Shown here in pieces: positions 26,501-36,900 of a stretch of 64,000 nucleotides of DNA. The stretch's first letter is position 1; every line of letters begins with the position of its first letter. A program made the translations under genes and the position numbers. The stretch is from Ophelia neglecta (taxonomy: Eukaryota): contig OZ260667.1 in NCBI GenBank assembly GCA_965285935.1, positions 54,188,001 through 54,252,000 on the forward strand, given 5' to 3'. The notes beneath the pieces were generated by a model. The model had not been told where the DNA came from and ran no database searches. It was given only the letters and a program-made list of their open reading frames with translations.

Positions 26501-29500
26501 TAGAGACCAACACTACGAGATACCATTGCCATTTAGAGGACCAGAACCAAGCCTACCAAACAACCACAACATGGCATTCTATCGTATTAAGCAACTAGAG
26601 CGCCGCTTCAAAGGAAACCCTGAATTTCTCCAGGACTACACTTCATTTATGAATGACCTGTTAGATAGGGGATATGCGGAAAGGGTGCCAGAGACCCAGA
26701 TCACTAGAGAAGATGGTCACTTGTGGTACATACCGCACCATGGTGTGTATCACGCCAAGAAGAAGAAGATACGTATAGTGTTTGATTGCAGCGCCAGGTT
26801 CCGGGGTCAGTCCCTAAACGATCACCTGCTGCAGGGACCCGATCAACTGAATGCTTTAGTTGGAGTATTGTGCAGATTTCGTGAAGAGCCAGTGGCGTTC
26901 ATCTGCGACATAAAGCAAATGTTTCACCAATTTCGTGTAAGCCCGGAGCACCGCGACTACCTACGTTTTATTTGGTGGGATGCTCAGGGTACTTTGGTGC
27001 CGTATCGCATGAAAGTTCACATCTTTGGAGCAGTGTCCTCTCCAGGATGTGCAGCTTATGGCCTACGTCAGGTGGTCAAAGATCATGGCAGCGAGTTTGA
27101 TCCTGAGGTTTCGGAATTTGTGCTGCGAAATTTCTATGTGGACGACGGACTGAAATCTGTCCAGACCTCAGATGTAGCTGTGAGTCTGATCTCACAAACA
27201 AAAGCGCTCTGTGCTAAGGGAGGCCTACAACTGCACAAGTTTGTCTCAAGCTCAGCCAGTGTAATCGACGCAGTCCCTGAAGAGGACCGTACAACTGGGC
27301 TCGCGAGTATTGAGTTCTCAGACAATGCGATGCCAATCGAGCGAGCTCTGGGAATCCAATGGTGCATCAGTTCTGATTCCTTTCCGTTCCGTATAACACT
27401 GAAGGACAGTCCTCTTACCAGACGCGGAGTATTGTCAACTGTTTGTTCGGTCTATGATCCGTTAGGATTCATAGCGCCTATTATTCTTGTTGGAAAACAG
27501 ATCCTACAAGAAATGTGTAGGTCTCATGCAGATTGGGATAGCCCACTGCCAGACGAGTTGAGACCTAAATGGGAAAGATGGAGAGAAGGACTGTTCTTAC
27601 TCCAGTCTCTCAATATTCCCAGGTGCTACAAACCACAAGGGTTCGGAGAACTGAAATATGTGCAGTTTCATAACTTCTCAGATGCTAGTCTTACTGGCTA
27701 CGGACAGTGCTCCTACATTCGTCTCGTTGATGTCTCAGATCGTGTCCATTGCTCTCTAGTCATGGGCAAGGCCCGTGTTACGCCTCTGAGACAAATCACT
27801 GTCCCGCGTCTTGAGCTAAATGCAGCCGTTGTCTCTGTTAAAGTCAGCTGCAAACTTAGAAGGGAGCTAGACTACAGCGATGCTTCACATTGGTTTTGGA
27901 CTGACAGCAGGGTAGTCCTGGGTTATATTGGAAACGATGCACGTCGTTTCCACATTTTCGTCGCCAACAGAATTCAGCTCATTCGGGATTCCTCCGAGCC
28001 ATCCCAGTGGCATCATGTGAGTACTGACCAAAACCCAGCGGACGAGGGTTCCCGTGGTATGAATCCTGTGGAGTTTCTTGAAAGGTCCAGGTGGCTGACA
28101 GGTCCAGACTTCCTTTGGGAACAGGACATCCCGGCTTTACAAGAAGACCATGCTGGACAAAGTGTTTCTCAGACCGACCCTGAGATAAGAAGTGCTGCAA
28201 CACACACTACTCAGTCGTTACCTGAAACTGACATGCTACGTCGCCTCACACGTTTCTCGGATTGGCATAAGTTGAAGAGAGCCGTGGCTGTCTGTCTCAA
28301 GTTGAAGTCAATCCTGCTTTCCAGGTCTCGTCAAGGAAGAACCACGGGTGAGGATAGGTCTACTTACCTGCCAGTCCAGACGAAGGACCTCATCTCGGCT
28401 GAAACGGAAATTGTAAAACTTACCCAGAAAGAGTCCTTCCTGTGTGAACTCGAGCTGTTAGAGTCACTTGATGTCAGGGATGATGCAGACAGAAGAAGCA
28501 CACAGATTCGCAAGAAGAGCCTAAGAAAGTCCAGTTCTCTATACAGATTGGACCCCTTCCTGGATGGTGACGGCGTCATGCGAGTTGGCGGAAGATTGCG
28601 TCTGTCTGACTTCTCCACAGGTATCAAACACCCTGTGATTCTCCCAAGAAGACATCACATTACTACACTGGTGATCCGGTACTTTCACCAGCTTTGTGAG
28701 CATCAGGGCCGTGGTCTCACAACCAATACCATTCGTTCCAATGGTTTCTGGATTGTTGGTTGTAGTGGAGCCGTGGCAGAGTACATTTCCAAATGTGTAG
28801 TTTGTCGGAAACTACACAGCCAAACACAGCTACAGAAGATGGCAGATCTCCCACAAGATCGTCTCGATCCCTCGCCTCCATTTACTTATTCGGGAGTGGA
28901 TCTCTTTGGTCCATGGCGGATCAAGGGGCGTAGAGAAGTTAAGAGATACGCCGTATTATTTACCTGCTTAGCCTCACGGGCAGTGCACGTGGAGGTCGCT
29001 AGCTGGTTGACAACAGACTCATTCATCAACGCCCTTCGTCGGTTTTTTGCATTGAGAGGGCCCATCAGAGAGCTACGATGCGACAGAGGAACCAATTTCG
29101 TGGGGGCAGACAATGAGTTGAGAAAGTCTGTGGAAGAAATGGACACAGACCAGATAAGGAACTTCCTGCTTCAAAGGGAATGTGACCTGTTCGACTTCAA
29201 TATGAATTTCCCACACTCTAGCCATATGGGCGGAGTGTGGGAACGTCAGATTCGTTCCATACGGCGAGTTTTGGATGCTCTCTTGAATCACGCCGGCCTG
29301 CAGTTAGATGATGAGTGCCTACGCACGCTTATGGCAGAGGCGGCTGCAGTTATCAACAGCAGACCCCTTACGGTGCAGAACCTGAACGATCCAGCTTCTG
29401 CAGAGCCACTCACCCCAAATCACCTCCTCACTATGAAGTCCCGTAGCCTTCTACCGCCTCCAGGAGTCTTCCCGCCAGAAGATCTCTATGCATGGAAACG

Positions 29501-29789
29501 TTGGCGCAGGGTACAACACCTGGCGAACGAATTTTGGCACAGATGGAGGAGAGAATACCTCCAAAACCTGCAGGTGAGACAACGTTGGTGTCGGCCTAGC
29601 AGGGATATGGCCGTGGGAGATGTTGTGATTATCAAGGAGGAGGCACCACGAAATCAGTGGCCCATGGCAATTATCAAGGAGGTCTTCCCTGGATCGGACG
29701 GTCACGTCCGCAGGGTCAGACTTAAGGTTGGCGACACCTATTTGGAACGGCCAATTCATAAGGTTGTCCTGTTGGTTGAGAGCAATTAG
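23571..29789 (+). CDS. BEL/Pao Gag-Pol polyprotein (2072 aa from the first ATG)
   Basis: Uninterrupted ORF. Gag core FTGDPLEYPGW; three knuckles CICCGKGHDVDTC, CFGCLRTGHRSKFC, CQICSKRHPTSLH; protease LLDTQS; RT DIKQMFHQ and FYVDD; RNase H FSDAS, PRLEL, WTDS; integrase HHCC plus GVDLFGP, CDRGTNF, GGVWER. The track's start at 23490 is a GTG. Confidence 0.96.
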   Translation: MATAHDQDNLTQASGGPQTENVSREDRERVRTLTEKGVAYNLDVSRRNYRSAISAWRKAAGQLSTLLTETEDIATLRRSRTQVEEILGVVEAEYNKYCSILSQADPDEKERLFDQYDAIERDHFNLMGLCTNVMLDLEEAGSMISKRSSTSNRGHGSRVSHRSQESAVSMMSRQADIAAKAAALKAELRYIEAEAKQRAEAERLRTLKEIDVAEARFKAIAKLASATTQEVSKQPKLPDVPDGRKLLLDQYLQSVEKKESLPDKAVQDVVPSRDDLPNDDQLPQKVTPAPCEYLPIESSEHGGLQLPEEEDTGGSQVPERCSSAALSQVGSRGDLVHLLRSVLNAGRLPMPEPGVFTGDPLEYPGWKESFGTLIERKGIPPPEKIHFLRRYLGGPAKQAVEGFLLLSNGGAFEEAKALLDQRYGDPFLIAKAFRDKLERWPRVPPRDGTALRSYGDFLGQCEVAMKSIDSLNVLNDDRENQKMLQKLPDWVVARWGRVVFETKETSGTFPTFHKFVKFITKEADIACDPVTSLQGLKVKDRVADSDGYAKKKNTRTSGARALTTSAGELKKKTEKVDMDPCICCGKGHDVDTCKVFLKKSVEERKDMARDCGLCFGCLRTGHRSKFCKNRKTCQICSKRHPTSLHGNTGQPANVSQSGAGSSRKSVAGETDGESSILNKADQAVASVDGPTQPGYPVGWSTADETAAQVHWSGKPRPHVSQFNSVGPGRKCSLTVPVWVSHSNGPGVEVLTYALLDTQSDTTFILQETCDLLGLQGPQVTLLLSTMSAESQRVESSRIEGLKVRGFDQETSKQISLPPAYTREIMPANLSHIPTPELAKQWPHLSRIANKLMPLSNCGVGMLIGYNCARALTPREVIPPVGNGPFAQRTDLGWGIVGMMDPDNQEDCLSDRIGVSHHVGQLYGSVVSFRTSIKEELTPFQVTSLLESDFRDTKGEDKLVSLEDPSFLAKLEKGIHQDRDQHYEIPLPFRGPEPSLPNNHNMAFYRIKQLERRFKGNPEFLQDYTSFMNDLLDRGYAERVPETQITREDGHLWYIPHHGVYHAKKKKIRIVFDCSARFRGQSLNDHLLQGPDQLNALVGVLCRFREEPVAFICDIKQMFHQFRVSPEHRDYLRFIWWDAQGTLVPYRMKVHIFGAVSSPGCAAYGLRQVVKDHGSEFDPEVSEFVLRNFYVDDGLKSVQTSDVAVSLISQTKALCAKGGLQLHKFVSSSASVIDAVPEEDRTTGLASIEFSDNAMPIERALGIQWCISSDSFPFRITLKDSPLTRRGVLSTVCSVYDPLGFIAPIILVGKQILQEMCRSHADWDSPLPDELRPKWERWREGLFLLQSLNIPRCYKPQGFGELKYVQFHNFSDASLTGYGQCSYIRLVDVSDRVHCSLVMGKARVTPLRQITVPRLELNAAVVSVKVSCKLRRELDYSDASHWFWTDSRVVLGYIGNDARRFHIFVANRIQLIRDSSEPSQWHHVSTDQNPADEGSRGMNPVEFLERSRWLTGPDFLWEQDIPALQEDHAGQSVSQTDPEIRSAATHTTQSLPETDMLRRLTRFSDWHKLKRAVAVCLKLKSILLSRSRQGRTTGEDRSTYLPVQTKDLISAETEIVKLTQKESFLCELELLESLDVRDDADRRSTQIRKKSLRKSSSLYRLDPFLDGDGVMRVGGRLRLSDFSTGIKHPVILPRRHHITTLVIRYFHQLCEHQGRGLTTNTIRSNGFWIVGCSGAVAEYISKCVVCRKLHSQTQLQKMADLPQDRLDPSPPFTYSGVDLFGPWRIKGRREVKRYAVLFTCLASRAVHVEVASWLTTDSFINALRRFFALRGPIRELRCDRGTNFVGADNELRKSVEEMDTDQIRNFLLQRECDLFDFNMNFPHSSHMGGVWERQIRSIRRVLDALLNHAGLQLDDECLRTLMAEAAAVINSRPLTVQNLNDPASAEPLTPNHLLTMKSRSLLPPPGVFPPEDLYAWKRWRRVQHLANEFWHRWRREYLQNLQVRQRWCRPSRDMAVGDVVIIKEEAPRNQWPMAIIKEVFPGSDGHVRRVRLKVGDTYLERPIHKVVLLVESN

Positions 29790-29999
29790 AGTGATCGGAG
29801 CCGATTAGCGCGATTGTCCTTCCGTATTTTTTTTAGTAGTTATACGTCATTCTAATATGCTTTCCTGTCATGCGGTTGTCATTGCATTACCGATTTTTTT
29901 TTTTAGTAGAGTTTTAGTCTTGTAAACTCCCCAGTTGTGTAGTTTGCATTGGAGTATGTTAATTGTTAAATTTAGGGTCAGTAAATTTAAGGCGAGGTG

Positions 30000-30420
30000 T
30001 GTAACAGTAGCTGCACTACTAATGCACTACTTATTTTAAACTACCTAGCTTTCTCTGATATTAGTTTGCGCAGCTAGCGCTTGGTGGCTGCACCAGTTTT
30101 TGATTTTGCGTGGTACGCCAGATGGCCAGTGAGATGGCTGTCCTCCTTCTCGACGTGTCAACCTTTTAAGGAGATTTTAGTCGAAAGTAAAGGGACCAAG
30201 GAGGTAATTAGTGTTACGTTTAATAACTTTAATCGGAAGCCATAGATATTACTAATACCAGCAGGTGTAAGCTGTATTTCATGGTCATATTGTTTTGTTG
30301 TAGTTTTCACGGTGACAACGTATGGTTGAAATAAACGCTGGAAAGGCCTATGTCATCAGTTGAGTCTCCTTGTGTGTCTTAATACGTCCCGGGTAGACAT
30401 CGCCCCTGTCTGCCCTAACA
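30000..30420 (+). repeat. 3' LTR
   Basis: Copy of 22318-22738, preceded by purine-rich AAGGCGAGG (PPT candidate) and followed by the TSD TTAGG. Confidence 0.97.
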
Positions 30421-33400
30421 TTAGGACTGATCGACAAGTCGCCATCTACAACCTAGAAATTTTGCGCAAAGGAATGTCTGCGAATATACTTTTTAAATAT
30501 TTGTGACTGATGGAAATAGCTCACTCCTGGCCAACCACAAAAGTCTAAAAAACTTGGGTATGGTTTTATGTATCAGATTTTTAGCTATACACAGGTGTGG
30601 GGGAGGGAGTGAGGGTATGGGATGGGAGAGCGCTTACGTCAGACCTACTTTGCCCACGTGATTCCTTAATTGTGGAATTTTTATTGCCAATCCGTGAGCA
30701 AGCAACTACCAACCATTAATCACCTCCAAAATATAATGTGTAATGTTCTGGCAATTATCATCCTTATGCAAATAATATTGTGTTGCATTCAATGAGGTTA
30801 ATGGTGTTAACAATATAAATTTTAAAGAAAATTCTATATCCTGGTAACAAAATAATTTGCCGGCTAAACTTTTATTGTTTAGAAAAAAATGTAATCAAAT
30901 GTCGGACAATTGTGAAATGCTGGAACAAGACATTTGCACTTACGTTCGTTCAACTATCTATGCTCCTTCTCCAAGAAGTCATATGTCCAGTCATATGACT
31001 GCCGTGTGATGACATGAATCAGGGGGGGGGGGGGGCACTATTAGTTATGTTTATACAAGTTCACAACCACTATTGGATATTTACCCCTTACTACACACAT
31101 CGCATTTAATCCTTGATTTTTTAATATTGCCTTTTTGCGGAGGCAGGTACTTCGGATAATGGGCATACTACGAGTTTCCCTATATGCTGTAGAGACAGCA
31201 TATAGAATAAGTCTTGTTGGAGGGGGGGGGGGGGGGGGGTGGAGGATACACATGCTATCACCAGTCATCTGGAGTGGTTAGGAACGTTTCTGCACTGAAC
31301 GCGCGCAATTTACTTTACGTTATTCATATATATATATATGTATTGTTTAATCTCTGGCATATTCGATATACCGGCAATTTACACCAGCCCGCCGCATGAA
31401 TTTGGTTCCTGACCTCTCCTTTGCCATGATTTATGGACCCACAGGAGCATAAAGGCCGTTTAAGTTCAATACTTATTGCAAAGGGGGACAACAACACACC
31501 GCATGGATGAGTACGCACAAGGCGACTTGTTTATACTTTATACAATGGTGAGTATATCCTCCATATAGAGGGCCCGGGCGAGAGATCTAGTGATACACAA
31601 ACCACACCGCAAAGATTACATTTTATGTTGGTTCGAACCTTATGTCCATGGGACAGAATTAAACAATTCCCCCCCCCCCCTTACACAGGAACGCTCTCAG
31701 CAGGCCTATATACTTGTCTCCTAACCATGTGACGGTCACGTATTTGTCTCCTTGTATATCATTAAGGTCATAGGGACGGAATTCTTTCTTTAGAAACAAC
31801 GGGATGGGCCTCTGGTGTGTGTGGTGGGTGCATGGGGGGTTTGGGGATAGCGGGATGGGCGGGAGCCCTCCTAATGTGTCGATTCCTCGCACTACTGAGT
31901 GTAAACGGCCTGTTTTTTCTGTTCCCAAAACCGTACCCCCATATCGACATCTTCCAAAGGGTGCCCTGACCCTATGGTGTCTCTCCTACCTCCGCCGCCG
32001 AGGGCACAGTGAAACAGGTGACTACCACTACAAATCACAACTTAAAGTGCATAAAACTATGACAGATTTATATCTGTATTGCGTTGCCTTGTGAGCGAGG
32101 CTCCCTTTAAGAATTGACTAATCCGGTTGGATGGTTTGTTTTTCACGGAAAGCGAGCTAGGAATGTAAGGTAGGTCCCAGGCCTAAACGCTAGTTATTAT
32201 CAAATGTTAAATTTACCAACAAACCGCCAATTGACAGGCTTGATCGATAAATGGTGTAAACTTGAAGATGTGTTTTACTGGCACATGTCCATTTATGTGT
32301 CACTTAAATTTGGTAGCAAATAAATGGGCCTTAATAAGTTTCCATGAGTTGGCCAACTTCTTGGACCAGTGTAGTAGATTCCGGTGCTGACCTATTTAGC
32401 TGCTGTGATGACGTCCTAGCCCATGCCCAGATCGGACACTTATATGATCTTATATGGCCAACGCACTATTTGTTTTGCTGTGTAGAGACACGTGACTGGG
32501 AATTCAGGGTGATTATTGCAGATATACGCAGGCTGTGAAATTTCCGCCTGATATTTCAATGAAAAGACGCTATGTTTTCTCCATGTACCGATATAGTCCG
32601 AAAATCTCTGACTATTTTGGCATATGTAGGTTAAATGACCAACATCAAATCCAGGCGATCCGTTAGAAAATACACTAAAAAGCCATTTAACGGCAGAGAT
32701 TCTCGGACTAGTACCGATCCACACTTAACTACACCTCTTAGTCATACTGCTCCTTGATTCGGATACATAAAAGAATACGGGATGAACTTAGGTCTAGGCT
32801 CCTTAGAGGGAGCTATATAATTTGCATGGGAGGGGAGGGACACTAGTTGGTAGCAAATAAATATGTCTGATATTCGATGAAAAAACAACTCGGTTGATAA
32901 TAGATATATTTTTTGCTTTGCGTATCGAGAGATAGCTGGAGACAAGAGAAATGGAAAAAAACCGTCTCGCAACTCATCCACGCTGGAATTCATTGAATTG
33001 CCGTTCGAAAAAGTCTAGAAACGGTAGTTATTGAATGATTGTGGTTAACACAGGTAAAGCCCCGAAGATAAGGTTTCTATTTAGATTGGAAGCAGCAGGG
33101 AATTATTATTTTTTAGACTAAAGTAAATGGGTTCTAAATATGTATAAAATATACCATGGTTGTCACTGACTATTTATAGACATTGGTTTATCACATATCT
33201 TGAAGATAACCAGTATTTAATTTAAAGGCCGAAGTGGGTGTTGGGTTCTGTTCAAATATATGCCGAATTTCATAACTTTTATTTCAACAATTTAGGTAAA
33301 TGCTTCATGAAAAAACATGCCTACCAATGCATCTTAAACATAACGTCAATTTGAGGTCGGATTTTATATGATAAAATTTTATTTGATTTGTATGATAGGC

Positions 33401-33940
33401 AAACTTCACACAGCGAGGAGTCAACTGGGTTGAAAGTGTGTGTGTGTGTGTGTGGGGGGGGGGTTGCCTGCCATATGATGAACCATGATCCATATTCTCG
33501 GGCTACGGCAAATTTCAACTGCTTGGGGACGTACCAGCAGTAGCTTATCGTGTCTTGGGAGTGGAGGGCTTGGGGGTGGGAAGCTAGAATATTTTTTAAC
33601 AAAACAGTTTGTCACCTTTTTTATTTATTTGGGGAAGAAAATGGTTAATTTAGGTCTAGTAAATTCAATATTCATTTTCAACAACATAACTTCGTATTGA
33701 CAAATGTTGAAACAAAATTGCGAGTGTGCGAGAGCTAAAATTGATATTAAGCCCCCCCCCCCCCCCATATCTCACGGAGCTCTCCTAACTTCGATATTAT
33801 CAATATTAGAAAGATTTGCAATACCTCCTTGCGTCTCGTAAATCACTCATTTTGTTGTTTAATCAAATGATCCATTTTCAGATAACCCATCTGACGAGTA
33901 CCAGAGTATTGTAAATTTAACTGAACGAGTCTATGACGTC

Positions 33941-36900
33941 ATGGCGTGCTACACATTTGCCAGATGTACTCTCATGCTTCTAAATGTATTGTTTGTGGTA
34001 AGTTTTAAACATATTTTACCGATATATTACAAATACAAGAATATATGTTTTTCTCGCGACATGTTATTCTTTTGGAGCATAAATATGCCTGTTACATTAA
34101 AGGTTGACTCCTTATTTTAAACACTACAAAAATTGTTGCCCTGATGTCATCAAGATTGCTTATGTGTAATTGTAACTGGGTTTGAAAGTTTGATGTAATT
34201 ACCGCTACGTTCGCTACTGATAAATTACTGTATATAAGTATTTGGGGTTGGCGATGTAGCACAATGATATCGCTGGGCTAGGTGGTGGTACCGCAAAGGT
34301 TGTGGGTTCGAGCCCCAGCCAAGTCAACAAACACCTTTGAATTTCCAATACAAAAAATTGAAATAGGGACTTTCCTTAAACTTGTAGGTTTAAATAGGCC
34401 TAAATGACCAAGGCTATAATGATAATACATCCTGCCTAGGTTTCAATCAATATATATATATATATATATTTATGAACTGAACTAAGCATAAATACCATTT
34501 GAACATTTTACCTTTGCTCAATGATAATAAGTTTATTATTGGTTATAATAAAATGTCAGCAACTTCAACCCGCGGAGCAGCAAATATAAGGAGTAGCTAG
34601 GCCCTTAAAGCAATACAACGAATGAAGGTCTGGAAAATCTATTTTTCGTAGTCTCCTAGTCCTAAGACACTAGTTAATGAAGACTCCAGGGTCTTTTGTA
34701 GCCTAGAGTTTTGATTTGAAGGTAGAGGAGGGGGGGGGGTGGGCTTTCAGCCAGGAGAGCTAACAATCTTGTTCACCGGTGCTGCGCATGTTTGGATATG
34801 ATCTGTTGTGTAAATCACCCTCGACTTATCTTTATTTCAACAATAATTTACAGCTGGTGGGATTGTTCTTGGCGGCGGTGGGAGTCTTCATATTGATTGC
34901 CTTCGAGTTGATTGTTGACATCTTGTCAATGGATGACTTCGTTAAGGAGATGATTGAAGTCTTGGAAGAGACCGGGAATGAGGACATGCTCAAAATACAC
35001 GGCATATATATCCTGTGCGTTGGTATGTTGTAAATTTCAAACTAAGGTCTTTTTATGGGACTTCTAGGTCGGCCACTATTTAACCCGAAAAGTATTTCGG
35101 ATGAGAATATTAAGATACACTTTGAACATACAGTCTAATCCGTGATGTCGTCTTAGTAAAGTATGATCTGTCCGTCCTTACCTGCTTGTTTTTGGTCGTA
35201 TTTGAATAAATAATTTATTTCTAAGTTGTTGTTTGGGGTTATACGTGGCTTTCAACACTTATCGGTCATATCACAACAGTGCCTACTTGTGACAGTGGGC
35301 TCAATGCCCTCTTTAGAGTGCTGCCCCACTGTAGTACTTGCCGTAGACACCAGACATCCCACCCAGTCACATTATACTGACACCGGGTTGACCAGTCCTG
35401 TTACTTCCCCCGAAATACCGGGCGCCTGGCAGGGGAGCTATCAGTACCTATTTTTATGTCTTAGGTTTGACGCGATTGAGCTTTGAACCCCGATCTCCCA
35501 CTTGCGAGGCGGACGCCCTAACCACTCAGCCACGCTTTGGTCGTTAATTTCTAAGCGGCAGACAAACAAATATTTTATATTAGTATTAATTTCTCCCTCA
35601 TTAGGGGTTGTAGACAAACGCTTCCAAGCTAGATTGATTTGTGCAAAATCTACATTGATTTACTAAACATCATCCGCCGTATCAGTAGTCGATGTGGCAG
35701 AAGTTATATTAAGAATAAATTTACTTCTGGACTGACCCGCAAACATTTCCTACAGTCAATCCCGTGGGAATAATGTTTAATGATTCGCCTGCGCTCCCAG
35801 TGGAACCATCTTGATGCCCAGAACCATATTTCATTCAGATAAAGCACAATGTACGAATTTCAAAATTCCGGTGACAGACTTTGTCATCCCCGTTACCAAC
35901 CCTCTGAAACCAACTTGCGTGGGTCCAGAAATTAGGCCCTGGTCCGGGTCCACTTTTTGGCAAAAGAGGGGGGGGGGGGGGGGCACCATGTACAAAAAGG
36001 AGCACACAAATACACAGTTGAGTTCCATTTCAGGTGTTTCAATGACGGTAATATGTATAATAGGATTTGCTGGTGGCCTCTGTAAGGGACAGTGTCTCCT
36101 GTATTCCGTGAGTAGATTATATCTTTTCTCTGATATGCCTAGCAACGACCTGTGGTGCTAAGACTCGTACAAACAGACGGTGTGATGTATGTTCTTTTGC
36201 ACTTGGCTACTTCAAGACGTGCATTTCTTAAATTTACCAAATACTTTAATTAGTTCACATAAACAATCAGTGTGTGGATGTGTGAATTAATAGCATTAAC
36301 AACCATTGGAATAAGGAAACAATGTCTAATCATGATTAAAAGTGATAATAATCACTTTTATACGGCCATTTGTAACAATTTTAAATAGTTCAAACTTTGT
36401 TTCGCACCAGTTGTTTTTTGTGTTAAAAGCCGTGTGTAACGGACAGTTGCAATAACCCAATCATTGGCTTTACTAGTATGTATCTAAATTGTAAGATTAG
36501 CTGAGAACAAAGAAGATGATCAAAATTAAAAAAAAAACATGTATAAACTTTGTGATTGTAGTTTCTTGTCTTCTCGGGCCTCGTTCTGATAGCGGAAATT
36601 GGGTTTATCGTACACGCTGTCATAGACCGAGATGGGGTAAGTTGAGTTAAAACACACTTCAAATAGACTCTCCCGTCCCGTCACCCCTCTGTCCCGTCCA
36701 GCCCCATCATCGCCCCGTCCCGCCTCTGTCAATTCCGTCCCGCCCGCCTCAACCAAATTATCGCCCATTCCTCCATTACTCAGACTAACACCGCCCCATC
36801 CAGCCTCTTCTCAGCCTATTCACCGCGCTGCCCTGCCTCAGCCAAGTCGCCGACATGCCGACTCCATCCAATCTATCGACTTCGCAATTCCTTGCCAATC

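Larger units (their letters stand above)
22318..30420 (+). mobile_element. Full-length BEL/Pao LTR retrotransposon (8103 bp)
   Basis: Two 421-bp TG...CA LTRs, 5-bp TSD TTAGG (22313-22317, 30421-30425), a single Gag-PR-RT-RH-IN ORF and a purine-rich tract before the 3' LTR. Confidence 0.97.

Noticed and set aside
24032-29759. Many short antisense or alternative-frame ORFs inside the polyprotein, and likewise inside the CYP exons
   Set aside because: Expected shadows of long coding sequence; no recognisable motifs.
29790-29999. env-like ORF in the BEL element
   Set aside because: Only 210 nt of AT-rich sequence separates the stop codon from the 3' LTR.
32344-32993. Cluster of 60-95 aa ORFs between the BEL element and tetraspanin 3
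   Set aside because: No recognisable domain or consistent splice structure; cannot be supported without a search.
34247-34328. Functional tRNA gene
   Set aside because: No proper D or anticodon arm; better explained as a SINE head.
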